Of a stretch of DNA of 64,000 bases, positions 63,458 through 64,000 are shown piece by piece. The notes under the pieces were generated by a model. It was not told the DNA's origin and did no database searches. It worked only from the letters and a program-made list of their open reading frames with translations. Each line of letters begins with the position of its first letter. Positions within the stretch are counted from its first letter, which is position 1. The position numbers were made by a program, and so were the translations under genes. Origin of the DNA: Nannocystis bainbridge (GTDB lineage Bacteria; Myxococcota_A; Polyangia; Nannocystales; Nannocystaceae); NCBI RefSeq assembly GCF_028368995.1, contig NZ_JAQNDL010000001.1, forward strand, positions 4,320,001-4,384,000, written 5' to 3'.

Positions 63458-64000
63458 ATGGAGCTCGAGCCCGAGACGAAAGTGTTGCCGCGCGGCAACG
63501 CCGACGTCGCGCCCTCGCCACCCGGCGAGGGGAGCGCTCCGCTGCACGCGCTGCAGCGGATCGGCCGCTACGAGGTCGTCCAGCGGCTCGGGCACGGCGG
63601 CATGGCGACCGTGTACCTCGGACGCGCCACGGGCTCCGCAGGTTTCGAGCGGGTGGTCGCCATCAAGGTGATTCATCAGCACCTCGCGGCCGAGCCCGAG
63701 TTCGTCGGGATGTTCCTCGACGAGGCCAAGATCGCGGCGCGGATCCACAGCCCGCACGTGGCCGGCATCCTCGACCTGGGCGAGGACGCCGGCAATTACT
63801 TCATGGTCCTCGAGTACATCGACGGCGAGACGCTGTCGGCGCTGCTGCGCCAGCTGCGTCCGACCGACGACCGGCTGCCGCTGGCGGTGGCCCTGCAGAT
63901 CCTCGCCGACGCGTGCGAGGGCCTGGTCGCGGTCCACGGGCTGCGTGACCCCGATGGCCGCCCCTACGGGCTGGTCCACCGCGACATGTCGCCGCAAAAC
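63458..64000 (+). CDS. Serine/threonine protein kinase (runs off window end)
   Basis: IGRYEVVQRLGHGGMATVY, VAIK, FLDEA, LVHRDMSPQN. Confidence 0.95.
   Translation, partial: MELEPETKVLPRGNADVAPSPPGEGSAPLHALQRIGRYEVVQRLGHGGMATVYLGRATGSAGFERVVAIKVIHQHLAAEPEFVGMFLDEAKIAARIHSPHVAGILDLGEDAGNYFMVLEYIDGETLSALLRQLRPTDDRLPLAVALQILADACEGLVAVHGLRDPDGRPYGLVHRDMSPQN

Overview
High-GC (about 70% by eye) chromosomal window from a myxobacterium (Myxococcota; mglBA, cdnL, Ser/Thr kinase and parS cluster; Nannocystis/Polyangia-like is an inference). It spans the replication origin: rsmG-bioF-mnmE-jag-yidC-yidD-rnpA-rpmH <> dnaA-oriC-dnaN-recF-gyrB, with about 9 parS sites at 23.3-25.35 kb but no parA, parB, mnmG or gyrA. 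It also contains dnaX-ybaB-recR-mglBA, a pseudo-peptidase plus twin-dynamin operon, rnhB, a REC/DUF4388-tsaD-rsmA-mutM-ECF sigma run, a porin/FMN-binding/4Fe-4S envelope cluster, cdnL, pepA, a histone H1-like gene, a transaldolase, trmB, uvrB, thiE, a thiolase, a phosphoesterase and a small RHH protein. The strongest unexplained signal is a highly iterated 14-bp gapped palindrome, TGTC-N6-GACA. I counted at least 29 perfect copies by eye against about 0.5 expected by chance. It occurs singly, inside coding sequences, in exactly phased head-to-tail arrays of up to 7 units, and as a variant in each unit of an ~100-bp tandem repeat. All product calls come from motif recognition; no database searches were run.
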